This document shows, one piece after another, positions 1 to 8,593 of a DNA stretch of 64,000 nt. The stretch's first letter is position 1. Every line of letters starts with the position of its first letter. Origin of the DNA: Thermoanaerobaculia bacterium (GTDB lineage: Bacteria; Acidobacteriota; Thermoanaerobaculia; UBA5066). Location of the stretch: NCBI GenBank assembly GCA_963816185.1, contig CAWFJJ010000028.1:480001-544000 (forward strand). The letters are read 5' to 3'. The notes beneath the pieces are model-generated. The model searched no databases and was not told the origin of the DNA. It saw nothing but the letters and a program-made list of their open reading frames with translations. The position numbers and the translations under genes are program-made.

Positions 1-652
1 GGTGAAACGCGAAGATCGCGTCGAACGCTCCGTCGTCGAACGGCAGCTTCTCGGCGCGCGCGCGCCGCACCGTCACGTTCGCCGCGCCTGCGCGCCGGAG
101 CTTCGCCCGCGCGAGGCGGACCATGCGTTCGCTCGCGTCTACGGCTTCGACCGTCTCCGCCACGCCGGCAAGCGTGAGGGTCAGAAGTCCCGTGCCGCAG
201 CCGACGTCGGCGACCCGGAGGCCGCGCGGCACGAGCCTGAGGAGCGCCGCCTCGCGAACTCCCGGCGAATAGAACGGGCCCTGAAACCGGTCCCACTCTC
301 CCGCGACCGCGTCGAAGCTCACGTCCGGAAGCGCCGTGGCACGCTCTTCGAGGACGTCCCTCAGCCGCTCGTCGTCGGACCGAAACGCAGGATCCGTGAC
401 GGCCGAAGCCACCGACAGCCAGAGCTTCCGCCCGTCACCCGTCGCCGCGTAACGCTCGGACCCGGTCGTACGGCGCGTTTCGACGAGACCGGCGCGCCTC
501 AGCACGGCGAGGTGGTTCGAGACGCGCGATTGAGCCGCCCCGAGGATCCGCTGGATCTCCCGAACGTGCAGCTCCTCGCCGGCGAGAAGCCGAACCGCCC
601 GTAGGCGCAACGGGTCGGCGAGGGCGGACAGGGCGACCGTGGACTCCAGCAC
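1..652 (-). CDS. ArsR-family HTH + class I SAM-dependent methyltransferase-domain regulator (SahR-like); 3' end runs off the window
   Basis: Not in the ORF track. Hand translation from GTG at 652 gives VLESTVALSALADPLRLRAVRLL...AQSRVSNHLAVLRRAGLV (ArsR HTH), then RVADVGCGTG...VEAVDAS...AEKLPFDDGAFD (SAM-binding motifs). Lies downstream of metK on the same strand. Confidence 0.88.
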   Translation of the reverse strand, partial: MLESTVALSALADPLRLRAVRLLAGEELHVREIQRILGAAQSRVSNHLAVLRRAGLVETRRTTGSERYAATGDGRKLWLSVASAVTDPAFRSDDERLRDVLEERATALPDVSFDAVAGEWDRFQGPFYSPGVREAALLRLVPRGLRVADVGCGTGLLTLTLAGVAETVEAVDASERMVRLARAKLRRAGAANVTVRRARAEKLPFDDGAFDAIFAFH

Positions 653-658
653 CGCGAG

Positions 659-689
659 ACCATATCACATGATCACGTTTGTCTGATAT
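659..689 (-). promoter_or_regulatory. Extended -10 promoter (TG-n-TATGGT) with overlapping 20-bp palindromic operator ATATCAGACAAACGTGATCA
   Basis: TATGGT (664-659) is 6 nt upstream of the GTG; an ATCA-N8-TGAT palindrome at 670-689 covers the -35 position and resembles SahR-type ATATCA-N8-TGATAT boxes. Confidence 0.6.
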
Positions 690-718
690 TAAGACGGGGA
701 AAGAGTTGCTTCCTATAT

Positions 719-742
719 TCGGGGCTGCTGATGCAGCCCCGA
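719..742. other. Perfect 10-bp GC-rich hairpin between metK and the SahR-like gene
   Basis: TCGGGGCTGC-TGAT-GCAGCCCCGA. No U-tract directly follows on either strand, so terminator function is unproven. Confidence 0.5.
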
Positions 743-744
743 TA

Positions 745-847
745 GTAGAAAATTTTCTTCCCGAATGGCCGATGTCAAGGGCGCGCTTCGCGCGCCGCGC
801 AGCGGTCGGAGACCCTTGACATCGGTCATTCGGGGGAAAACGCCTAC
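745..847. repeat. REPIN/MITE-like inverted-repeat element bounded by GTAG...CTAC
   Basis: Arms 760-781 (CCCGAATGGCCGATGTCAAGGG) and 813-834 are 21/22 complementary; nested hairpin GGCGCGC-TTC-GCGCGCC at 780-796; GTAG at 745-748 and CTAC at 844-847. Confidence 0.65.
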
Positions 848-915
848 CTCGAGATGCCGCGAGCCGCAGGCTCTCCCGAGCCCTATTTTCTTTCTAAGAA
901 GAATCTCTTCTTTTC

Positions 916-2082
916 TCAGGCCGTCGCCGGCACCGCCGCGCGGAAGGCGGCCGCCAGAGACTCTGCCTTGTCAGTGCGCTCCCACGTGAACTCCGGGAGA
1001 CGGCGGCCGAAATGGCCGTACGCCGCGGTCTTCTTGAAGATGGGGCGACGCAGGTCGAGCGCGTCGATGATGCCTTTCGGCGTGAGCTTGAAGTGCTCGC
1101 GCACGAGCTTCGAGAGCGCCGCCGGATCGACATTCGAGGTCCCGAACGTCTCGACGAGGACCGACACGGGATCTGCCACGCCGATCGCGTAGGCGAGCTG
1201 GACTTCCACCTTGTCCGCCAGGCCGGCGGCCACGAGGTTCTTCGCGATGTAGCGCGCCATGTAAGAGGCGGAGCGGTCCACCTTCGTGGCGTCCTTGCCC
1301 GAGAAAGCGCCGCCGCCGTGGCGCCCGAAGCCCCCGTACGTGTCGACGATGATCTTGCGGCCCGTCAGTCCGGTGTCGCCCTGAGGCCCTCCTACGACGA
1401 AGCGGCCCGTCGGATTGATGTGGAACTTCGTGTTGTCGTCGAGGAGGGCCGCGGGCATGACCGGCCGGATGATCTCCTCACGCACGGCCTCGCGCAGCTC
1501 GGGCGTGGGAACCGTCTCCGCGTGCTGCGTCGAGATGACCACGGCTTCCACACGTACGGGCCGATCGCCTTCGTATTCGACCGTGACCTGGCTCTTGCCG
1601 TCGGGGCGTAGCCACTCGAGGGTCTTCGACTTGCGGGCCTCGGCGAGGCGCATCGTCAGCTTGTGCGCGAGCGTGATCGGAAGAGGCATGAACTCCTCGG
1701 TCTCCCGCACGGCGAGCCCGAACATGAGGCCCTGATCGCCTGCGCCGCCGGTATCGACCCCCATGGCGATGTCCGGTGATTGCTTGTCGATCGTCGAGAT
1801 GACGGCGCACGTCTCGTAGTCGAATCCGTATTTCGCTCGGGTATAGCCGACGTCGCGGATCGTCTCGCGCACGATGCCCGGGATGTCCACGTACGTCTTC
1901 GTCGTGATCTCACCCGCGATCAGCGCGAGGCCCGTCGTGACGAGCGTCTCGCACGCGACCCGCCCGAGGGGATCGTCCTTGAGGATCGCGTCGAGGATCG
2001 CGTCCGAGATCTGGTCGGCGATCTTGTCCGGGTGGCCTTCCGTGACCGATTCCGACGTGAAGAGACTGCGGTTCTTTGCCAT
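916..2082 (-). CDS. metK: S-adenosylmethionine synthetase
   Basis: [28 protein letters not shown] and KVDRS motifs; 388 aa. Confidence 0.99.
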   Translation of the reverse strand: MAKNRSLFTSESVTEGHPDKIADQISDAILDAILKDDPLGRVACETLVTTGLALIAGEITTKTYVDIPGIVRETIRDVGYTRAKYGFDYETCAVISTIDKQSPDIAMGVDTGGAGDQGLMFGLAVRETEEFMPLPITLAHKLTMRLAEARKSKTLEWLRPDGKSQVTVEYEGDRPVRVEAVVISTQHAETVPTPELREAVREEIIRPVMPAALLDDNTKFHINPTGRFVVGGPQGDTGLTGRKIIVDTYGGFGRHGGGAFSGKDATKVDRSASYMARYIAKNLVAAGLADKVEVQLAYAIGVADPVSVLVETFGTSNVDPAALSKLVREHFKLTPKGIIDALDLRRPIFKKTAAYGHFGRRLPEFTWERTDKAESLAAAFRAAVPATA

Positions 2083-2145
2083 GGTTCTACGCTCCGAGAG
2101 CCGCTCTGCGGCGAAGCGCGGAGTTTAGCAGGGCGGGCGATCCCC

Positions 2146-2781
2146 TCAAGGGCGAAAGATCAGGAAACGCGTCGTGCCGTAACGCCGGTGGCCCGCCGGG
2201 GCGAGCCCAAAAGGGCAAAGGACCTTGTCGTCCCCCCGCTCGTGAAAGAGCCAGCCTCCCGAGCGCACGAGCGGGATCAGACGCTGAAGGTCGGATTCGG
2301 AGGATTCGGAATCTTCTTTGAAAGGAGGATCGTGGAAGACGACGTCGAATCCGGTCTCGCCGCGGCGGGTGTGATCCTCTGCAAATTTCTTAGAAGGTAA
2401 GAGGTCTGCGGCGCTGCGCTCGACGCGAGCCGCCTGCGGCGCGCCGCGACCCTCGTGCTCTTCTACATCTGAAGAGAATCTCTCTACGGACATCACCTCT
2501 ATGCGAGATGTCTCCCCCGCACCGAGCCGTTCCACGTTCCCCCTCAAGACTCTCGCGACGGCACGATCCACCTCGACGAACGTGGCGTGCGCGGCGCCCC
2601 GCGAAAGCGCCTCCAGGCCGTAGGCTCCGGAGCCCGCGCACGCGTCGAGCACTCTGGCGCCGACGACCGCCTCCCCGAGGATGTCGAACGCCGCCTTGCG
2701 CGTGAGCTCGGTCGTCGGGCGGATACCCGCCGGAATCGCCAGCTTTCGTCCGCGCCAGATGCCGGCGGTGACGCGCACCAA
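2146..2781 (-). CDS. rsmD: 16S rRNA m2G966 methyltransferase RsmD with a ~35-aa in-frame insertion
   Basis: RVTAGIWRGRKL...IRPT, VLDACAGSGAYGLEALSRGA, FDVVFHDPPF, RRYGTT. Start is TTG 2781 or GTG 2778, next to the upstream stop; the ORF-track N-terminal extension is spurious. Confidence 0.9.
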   Translation of the reverse strand: MVRVTAGIWRGRKLAIPAGIRPTTELTRKAAFDILGEAVVGARVLDACAGSGAYGLEALSRGAAHATFVEVDRAVARVLRGNVERLGAGETSRIEVMSVERFSSDVEEHEGRGAPQAARVERSAADLLPSKKFAEDHTRRGETGFDVVFHDPPFKEDSESSESDLQRLIPLVRSGGWLFHERGDDKVLCPFGLAPAGHRRYGTTRFLIFRP

Positions 2782-2783
2782 CC

Positions 2784-3527
2784 TCAGCGCCTCGCGGCGG
2801 GCGAAGGCATTGGAGGCCGCGAACCGGCGACGGCCGGATCCTCGAAGAGGCGCGGGATGTCGCCGCGATACACGAAGATCCCCAGCTTGTGGCTCCCCTC
2901 CTCGCCGCTTGCGTCGAGCTCCTCCAGCTCGAAGTCGTGATCCAGAGCGTCGTCGTGGACGACGCGGTACCAGACGCCGTCGGCCCGTCTCCGAAGGAAA
3001 GAGCCGTCCCTGAGGGCGCTCGTGTCCCACTTCGTCTCGGCGAGATCCTGCTTCTCGAACCGCGACCGGAGGTCCTCGAGCGCTCCCCGCGCTCTCCCAA
3101 CCGCCAGCGGCAGCGACGTGAGATCGTCATACTTGTAGATGCGCGAGCCTCCGGCCGGATCCGCGACCTCGATCTTGATGCGCCGCGCCTGCGCATCTCC
3201 GAGGGCCGACCGGCTCGGGTCCTCGACGTCGCTCGCGCGTACGGCCAGAGCCTCGAGACAAACCCTCCGCACCAGGGCGATCTCCTCAGGCGAGATCGCC
3301 TTGCGATCGACGATCCGCTCGGTGCGGTATCCGCGGACCCTCACGAGCGTCCCGTCGTCGAAGAGCGCCACGCGCTCCATCCCGATGCCCTGCCGGGACT
3401 CGAGCGCCGCGATGAGATGAGGATCGCGCTTCTCCGGCGTCGGCGTCGGAAGAGCCGTCGGTGTCGGTGCGGGCGACGGAGAGGGAGCCGCCGCCAACAG
3501 CACCGCGAGGAGCACGGACCCGGTCAT
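2784..3527 (-). CDS. Secreted hypothetical protein
   Basis: Signal peptide MTGSVLLAVLLAAA plus PT-rich linker; ATGA overlap with the upstream gene. Confidence 0.7.
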   Translation of the reverse strand: MTGSVLLAVLLAAAPSPSPAPTPTALPTPTPEKRDPHLIAALESRQGIGMERVALFDDGTLVRVRGYRTERIVDRKAISPEEIALVRRVCLEALAVRASDVEDPSRSALGDAQARRIKIEVADPAGGSRIYKYDDLTSLPLAVGRARGALEDLRSRFEKQDLAETKWDTSALRDGSFLRRRADGVWYRVVHDDALDHDFELEELDASGEEGSHKLGIFVYRGDIPRLFEDPAVAGSRPPMPSPAARR

Positions 3528-4495
3528 CGGACTTCCGCTTCTGCGGCGCGCCTCAAGGCTTTCGGGAAGTTCAGCCGGGAGGCGACAGCCGCGCGCTCGA
3601 CCGCGGTCAGCGGCGCGAGGAGGCGTCTCCAGGAGATTTCTGCTTTCGGACGCTCGGGCTCCTGGCGGTGCGCGTCGAGAAATGCCGGAGCAGAGCGAGA
3701 GGTGGTTTTTTTCTTTGAAGGTGAGTGGGGGATCGTCCAGCCGGGGAGCACGTCGCCAAAGAGTTCGAGCTCAGCCGCGAGCCCGAGCGAGCGGTCCCAA
3801 TACCCTTCTAAGAAAATCTCCTCGAATCCCCTGCGCATTCGGTCGCCGGAAAGAGCTGCGAACGAACCTGCGGCACGCGCCTTCTTGAGGGCTTTCCCGA
3901 ATTCCCCGTCCCACGCGAAACCCAGCCTCACGGCATATCTCACGGCCCGATAGGCGCGCGTCGGGTCGTCGACCAGGGAGTTCGGGTGAAGGAGCCGGAG
4001 CGTCTTGGACGAGAGATCCCTGCGGCCGCCGAACGGATCGAGGACCGTTCCCGTCAGGCCGCGCTTACCCACCCGCCGGGCCATGGCATTGATCGTGAAG
4101 TCGCGGCGGCTGAGATCCTCCTCGATCGTGGTCGTGCCCGTGACGACGGGCAGGCTCGCGGGCGCCGGATACTCCTCGCGGCGCGTCGCGGCGACGTCCA
4201 CGCGCAAGCCGCCGGGCGCCCGGAGCCTCGCCGTGCCGAACCGCGCATGCGATTTCTCGAGCGTCCAGCCGGGCAGGGCTCCGAGACGCGTCGCGAGCTC
4301 GAGAGCGGTCGCGGCGGCCGCCTCCACGGCGAGATCCACGTCCTGAAGCGGGCGGCCGAGGAGCATGTCGCGCAGCGCCCCTCCGACGAACCACAACCCC
4401 ACCTCACGCCGGTCCGCGATTTCACCCACGCGCACGAGCTGGGCGGCGACCTCCTCGGCGGCGAACGCGAGCGCGAGCTCGTCCTCGGCGGTCAT
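3524..4495 (-). CDS. CCA tRNA nucleotidyltransferase / poly(A) polymerase family protein (short)
   Basis: VGGALRDMLLG..DVD, DLSRRDFTINAMA, DPFGG..DL, DDPTRAYRAVRY; ATG 4495 overlaps the dnaE stop. Confidence 0.88.
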   Translation of the reverse strand: MTAEDELALAFAAEEVAAQLVRVGEIADRREVGLWFVGGALRDMLLGRPLQDVDLAVEAAAATALELATRLGALPGWTLEKSHARFGTARLRAPGGLRVDVAATRREEYPAPASLPVVTGTTTIEEDLSRRDFTINAMARRVGKRGLTGTVLDPFGGRRDLSSKTLRLLHPNSLVDDPTRAYRAVRYAVRLGFAWDGEFGKALKKARAAGSFAALSGDRMRRGFEEIFLEGYWDRSLGLAAELELFGDVLPGWTIPHSPSKKKTTSRSAPAFLDAHRQEPERPKAEISWRRLLAPLTAVERAAVASRLNFPKALRRAAEAEVR

Positions 4496-7400
4496 GAAGA
4501 GGCCGCGTAGGAATATCGGACGGAGTTCGGGCCCAGAAGAGTCTCCATCGAGACGGTGAACTCGGGCGTCGGTCGCACCCACAGGTCGCGACGGATCTTG
4601 TGCCGTGCGACGAACTGGCCCGGGCGCCGCTCCTCAAGCGAGACGGGTACCGAGCCCGGATACCTTCTCAGTATCCTCTCGAGCGTCTCCTCATCGAAAG
4701 TCTCGAAGTTCGGAGGGACGATCAGGACCTCCTTCGCGCCCTGCTCCTTGAGTCCCTCGAGAGGCTGGATCTCGCGCGCGATGATCTCGATCGGCATACC
4801 GGCGGCTTCGTTCTCCGACGGATCGTGCGTCGCGCCGCCGGGCGCCATCGCGAGGCGAACCGTTCCGGTGACGAGCACGGGCCGGCCCGGCGCGAGCCAA
4901 GACCCTACCCGCTCGAGAAGGCCCGCGAAGACGGTCACCGGCACGGAGCCCGTGAGGTCCTCGACGATGGCCTTCGCCATCATCTTCCCCTCGTTCTGGC
5001 CCTTCTTGATCTGGCTTTTCTTCACCGTCCCGACGAGCCCGACGAGCTTCACCTGCGCGTCGAGGCGCTCGCGCAGCGTTTCGCACGTCACGTCGCCGAA
5101 CATCCGGATCTCGTCCTCGAAGCGTGCGAGGGGATGGCCCGTGATGTAGAAGCCGAGCGTCTCTTTCTCGTAGCGGATCTTCTCGTCGACGCTCCATTCC
5201 GGTTTGTCGGGAAATTGATCCTCGACCCGCGTTTCCTTCGGAACGTCGAAGAGGAGAGCCTGGCTCGACGACGCGGCCTCGCGGGCGTCGGCCGCCACGT
5301 CGATCGCATGGTCGAGACCGTCGAGAAACGCGGCTCGGCTCTTTCCGAGGGAGTCGAAGCAGCCCGACTTGATCAGCGCCTCGATGACCCTCCTGTTGTT
5401 CAGGCGAAGGTCGACGCGCGAGCAGAAATCCGTCATGGACTTGAACGGGCCGTCGCCCGCGCGCGCCGCGAGGACGGAGGCGACGGCGCCCTCCCCCACC
5501 CCCTTCACGGCTCCGAGACCGAACCGAATGGCGGATCCGTCCGGCGTGAACGAGAGGTCCGACGCGTTGACGTCCGGCGGCAGCACGGGAATCTTCATGT
5601 CGCGGCAGGTGTTCACGTACTTCACGACGTCGTCCGAGCTGCCCGAGTTGGCGGTGAGCGTGGCCGCGAGGAACTCCACCGGGTGGTGCACCTTCATCCA
5701 GGCCGTTCGGTACGCGAGAAGCGCATAGACGACCGAGTGCGACTTGTTGAAGCCGTAGCGGCCGAAAGGCAGGATGAGCGCCCACAGCTCCTCGGCCTTT
5801 CTCTTGGGCGTCCCGTTCGCGACCGCCTTCTTGATGAACTTGTCGCCTTCGGCCTTGAGAAGCGCCTCGTCCTTCTTCCCGATTGCCTTTCGGAGCTTGT
5901 CCGCCTCGCCGGGCGAGTAGCCGGCCACGGCGCGCGCCGCGAGCATGACCTGCTCCTGATAGACGAGGACGCCGTACGTGTCCTTGAGGATCGGCTCGAG
6001 CTGCGGCAGGGGGTACTCGAACTTCGTCCCGCGGCGACGCTGGATGTAGACCTCGACGGTCCCGGCGTCGAGCGCACCGGGCCGATAGAGCGCGTTGAGC
6101 GCGGCGAGGTCGTCGAACACCTCGGGTCTCACCCGGCGGAGCAGGTCGCGCATGCCCGACGACTCGAACTGGAAGACTCCGTCCGTGCGCCCGTCCGCAA
6201 AAAGCCGGTAGACCTCGGGATCGTCGAGCGGAATGGTGCTCAAGTCGGGGCGCTTTCCCGTTTTCTTCGCGACGAAGCGCAGGGCGTCGTCGAGGATCGT
6301 CAGCGTGATCAGGCCGAGGAAGTCCATCTTGAGAAGGCCCATCCGATCGACCGACTTCATCTCGAACTGGGTCGTGATCTCGTCGTTGCTGTTGCGGTAG
6401 AGCGGGAGGTACTCGACGAGCGGCTTCGGGGCGATCAGGATCCCTGCCGCGTGGACCCCCGCGTGGCGGGATACGCCTTCGAGCCGTTCGCCCAGGTCGA
6501 AGAGGCGGCGATAGGTCTCGTTACCCCTCAGGGCTTCCGCCAGCTCCTTCACGTCGCGCCGCGCCTCGGCGAGCATCGTCGGCTTGCCCGGATTCGCGGG
6601 GATCAGCGAGCAAAGCCGGTTCACCTCGGCGAGCGGGACGTCGAGGACCCGGCCCACGTCGCGAATGACGGCCCGCGCCTTCATCGAGTTGAACGTGATG
6701 ATCTGGCCGACGTTCTCGCGCCCGTACTTTCCCCGCACGTATTCGATGACCTCGCCGCGGCGGCGCTCGCAGAGGTCGACGTCGATGTCGGGCATCGAGA
6801 TGCGGTCCGGGTTCAGGAATCGCTCGAAGAGGAGGTCGTACGCGAGCGGGTCGACGTCCGTGATCGCGAGCGCGTACGCGACGAGCGAGCCCGCCGCGCT
6901 CCCCCGGCCCGGGCCCACCGGAATTCCCTCGTCCTTCGCGTACTTGATGAAATCCCAGACGATCAGAAAATAGCTCGAGAGGCCCATCTTGCGGATGACC
7001 GAGAGCTCCCACGCCAGCCGCTCGTCGTATTCGTGCCGGGACTTCTTCGCGGTTCCGCTCTCGAACGCCGCGCGCTGGGGTTCGAGCCGCCGATCCAGCC
7101 CCTCCTTTGCGAGGTCCTCGAGATACGCCTCCGGCGTGCGGTCGCCTCCGGGGACGGGAAACGTCGGGATCTTGAGTCCCGTGTCCAGGATGACGCTGGG
7201 CGTGACGCGCTCGGCGATGGCGGCGGTGTTCTTCACGGCTTCGAGCGTGAGCGGGCGGAACACGTCGCTCATCTCCTCGGGGTTCTTCACGTAGAACTCC
7301 GAGTTGTAGAACTTCATCCGCTTCGTGTCGTTGAGGGTCTTTCCCATCCCGATACACAGAAGGACGTCCTGCGCGGCCGCGTCGTCGCGCGTCAGGTAGT

Positions 7401-8037
7401 GCGCGTCGTTCGTCGCGACCGGCGGAATACCGGTTTCCGAGGAAAGCCGCAGCAGGTCCGGCAGGATCTGCCGCTGCTCGGGGAGGCCGTGATCCATGAT
7501 CTCGATGAAGTAGCGATCCTTGCCGAAGAGGTCGCGATACCTGAGGGCCGTCTTCTTCGCGCCCTCGTAATCACCCATCCGGAGTCGCTTCGAGACCTCC
7601 GAGTTCAGGCACCCCGAGAGCGCGATGATTCCCTCGTGATACCTCTCGAGAAGCTCCCAGTCCATACGCGGCTTGTAATAGAAGCCTGTGAGGAACGCCT
7701 CGGACACGAGCCGCGTCAGGTTCCGATAGCCGTCCGGCGTCTCGACGAGCAGCGTCAGGTGATAGTTGTTCCCTTCGCCGTCGAACGTCCTCACGTTTTC
7801 GCGGTCGAAGCGCGATCCGGGGGCGATGTACGCCTCGACTCCGACGATGGGTTTGACTCCCGCCTCGAGCGCGGAGCTCTGGAGCTCGTACGCCCCGAAC
7901 ATGTTCCCGTGGTCCGTGACCGCCACGGCGTCCATCCCGGACGCTTTCACCTGCCTGATCAGGTCCTTGAGCCGGTTCGCGCCGTCGAGGAGGGAGTACT
8001 GGGTGTGGAGGTGAAGGTGGACGAAGTCGCCGGGCAT
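4492..8037 (-). CDS. dnaE: DNA polymerase III alpha subunit
   Basis: HLHLHTQYSLLDG PHP domain, GRGSAAGSL, PDIDVD, FNKSHS; 1181 aa. Confidence 0.99.
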   Translation of the reverse strand: MPGDFVHLHLHTQYSLLDGANRLKDLIRQVKASGMDAVAVTDHGNMFGAYELQSSALEAGVKPIVGVEAYIAPGSRFDRENVRTFDGEGNNYHLTLLVETPDGYRNLTRLVSEAFLTGFYYKPRMDWELLERYHEGIIALSGCLNSEVSKRLRMGDYEGAKKTALRYRDLFGKDRYFIEIMDHGLPEQRQILPDLLRLSSETGIPPVATNDAHYLTRDDAAAQDVLLCIGMGKTLNDTKRMKFYNSEFYVKNPEEMSDVFRPLTLEAVKNTAAIAERVTPSVILDTGLKIPTFPVPGGDRTPEAYLEDLAKEGLDRRLEPQRAAFESGTAKKSRHEYDERLAWELSVIRKMGLSSYFLIVWDFIKYAKDEGIPVGPGRGSAAGSLVAYALAITDVDPLAYDLLFERFLNPDRISMPDIDVDLCERRRGEVIEYVRGKYGRENVGQIITFNSMKARAVIRDVGRVLDVPLAEVNRLCSLIPANPGKPTMLAEARRDVKELAEALRGNETYRRLFDLGERLEGVSRHAGVHAAGILIAPKPLVEYLPLYRNSNDEITTQFEMKSVDRMGLLKMDFLGLITLTILDDALRFVAKKTGKRPDLSTIPLDDPEVYRLFADGRTDGVFQFESSGMRDLLRRVRPEVFDDLAALNALYRPGALDAGTVEVYIQRRRGTKFEYPLPQLEPILKDTYGVLVYQEQVMLAARAVAGYSPGEADKLRKAIGKKDEALLKAEGDKFIKKAVANGTPKRKAEELWALILPFGRYGFNKSHSVVYALLAYRTAWMKVHHPVEFLAATLTANSGSSDDVVKYVNTCRDMKIPVLPPDVNASDLSFTPDGSAIRFGLGAVKGVGEGAVASVLAARAGDGPFKSMTDFCSRVDLRLNNRRVIEALIKSGCFDSLGKSRAAFLDGLDHAIDVAADAREAASSSQALLFDVPKETRVEDQFPDKPEWSVDEKIRYEKETLGFYITGHPLARFEDEIRMFGDVTCETLRERLDAQVKLVGLVGTVKKSQIKKGQNEGKMMAKAIVEDLTGSVPVTVFAGLLERVGSWLAPGRPVLVTGTVRLAMAPGGATHDPSENEAAGMPIEIIAREIQPLEGLKEQGAKEVLIVPPNFETFDEETLERILRRYPGSVPVSLEERRPGQFVARHKIRRDLWVRPTPEFTVSMETLLGPNSVRYSYAASS

Positions 8038-8083
8038 CCGGCCAGCGATTGTAGCGTCCGCGCGCGCGACCTCCCGGAAGTCT

Positions 8084-8308
8084 TCACGCGACTCCGTCTC
8101 GTCCGCGTGTCGGACCGAGCTGACGGAGAAGCAGAAAGGCGGCAGGGATCGTCGTCAGAACGCCGAAGGCCAGCAAGGCAGCCCCGAGCCGGTGCCGGTT
8201 GCGGGAGCGAAGCTTCTCGGCCACGAGGAGCCCGATCCCGGCGCCGAGAGCGGCGCGCGTCGCGACGATGAAACCAAACTGAGGAAGGGACAGGTCGAGC
8301 CTCTTCAC
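8084..8308 (-). CDS. Small two-TM membrane protein
   Basis: GTG 8308 preceded by AGGAGG; segments ATRAALGAGIGLLVA and GAALLAFGVLTTIPAAFLL. Confidence 0.7.
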   Translation of the reverse strand: MKRLDLSLPQFGFIVATRAALGAGIGLLVAEKLRSRNRHRLGAALLAFGVLTTIPAAFLLLRQLGPTRGRDGVA

Positions 8309-8364
8309 GGCATCCTCCTGGCCGGACATATCCGAGCTGGCGCACCAGGAACGCGTCCTGCGGG

Positions 8365-8431
8365 CCTCATCTCGGCACCCTCGAGCAACGTGTGGCGAAC
8401 TGACTCAGGCGGCGATGGAGCATCTGCATCA
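8365..8431. promoter_or_regulatory. Copy A of a 67-bp repeated element (CGATG-N9-CATCA palindrome plus minus-strand -10-like CACGTT)
   Basis: 54/67 nt identical without gaps to 20418-20484 (hand alignment). Confidence 0.7.
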
Positions 8432-8593
8432 CGGCGGGAGAGACGCAAACTCGGGGCCGCCTGATCTCGGCGCTCCAGACGAGTTCCACCGAGCGTGTCG
8501 CCTCGTCTTGCCGCTCACGCGCCTGGCTCCTATATTGGTATTACGCGCCGCTCCACGTTACCCCCCGCGCGGCGGCGCGGGCGGAGGGATGAC

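Noticed and set aside
653-915. SAM or SAH riboswitch in the metK-regulator intergenic region
   Set aside because: No SAM-I core consensus recognised, and the downstream gene appears leaderless. An Rfam/Infernal scan would settle it.
4600-8271. Long antisense and alternate-frame ORFs (e.g. 4600..8271 +, 16759..19101 +, 34369..36360 +)
   Set aside because: Shadow ORFs of high-GC codon bias overlapping well-supported genes; Arg/Pro-rich or mirror sequences with no motifs.
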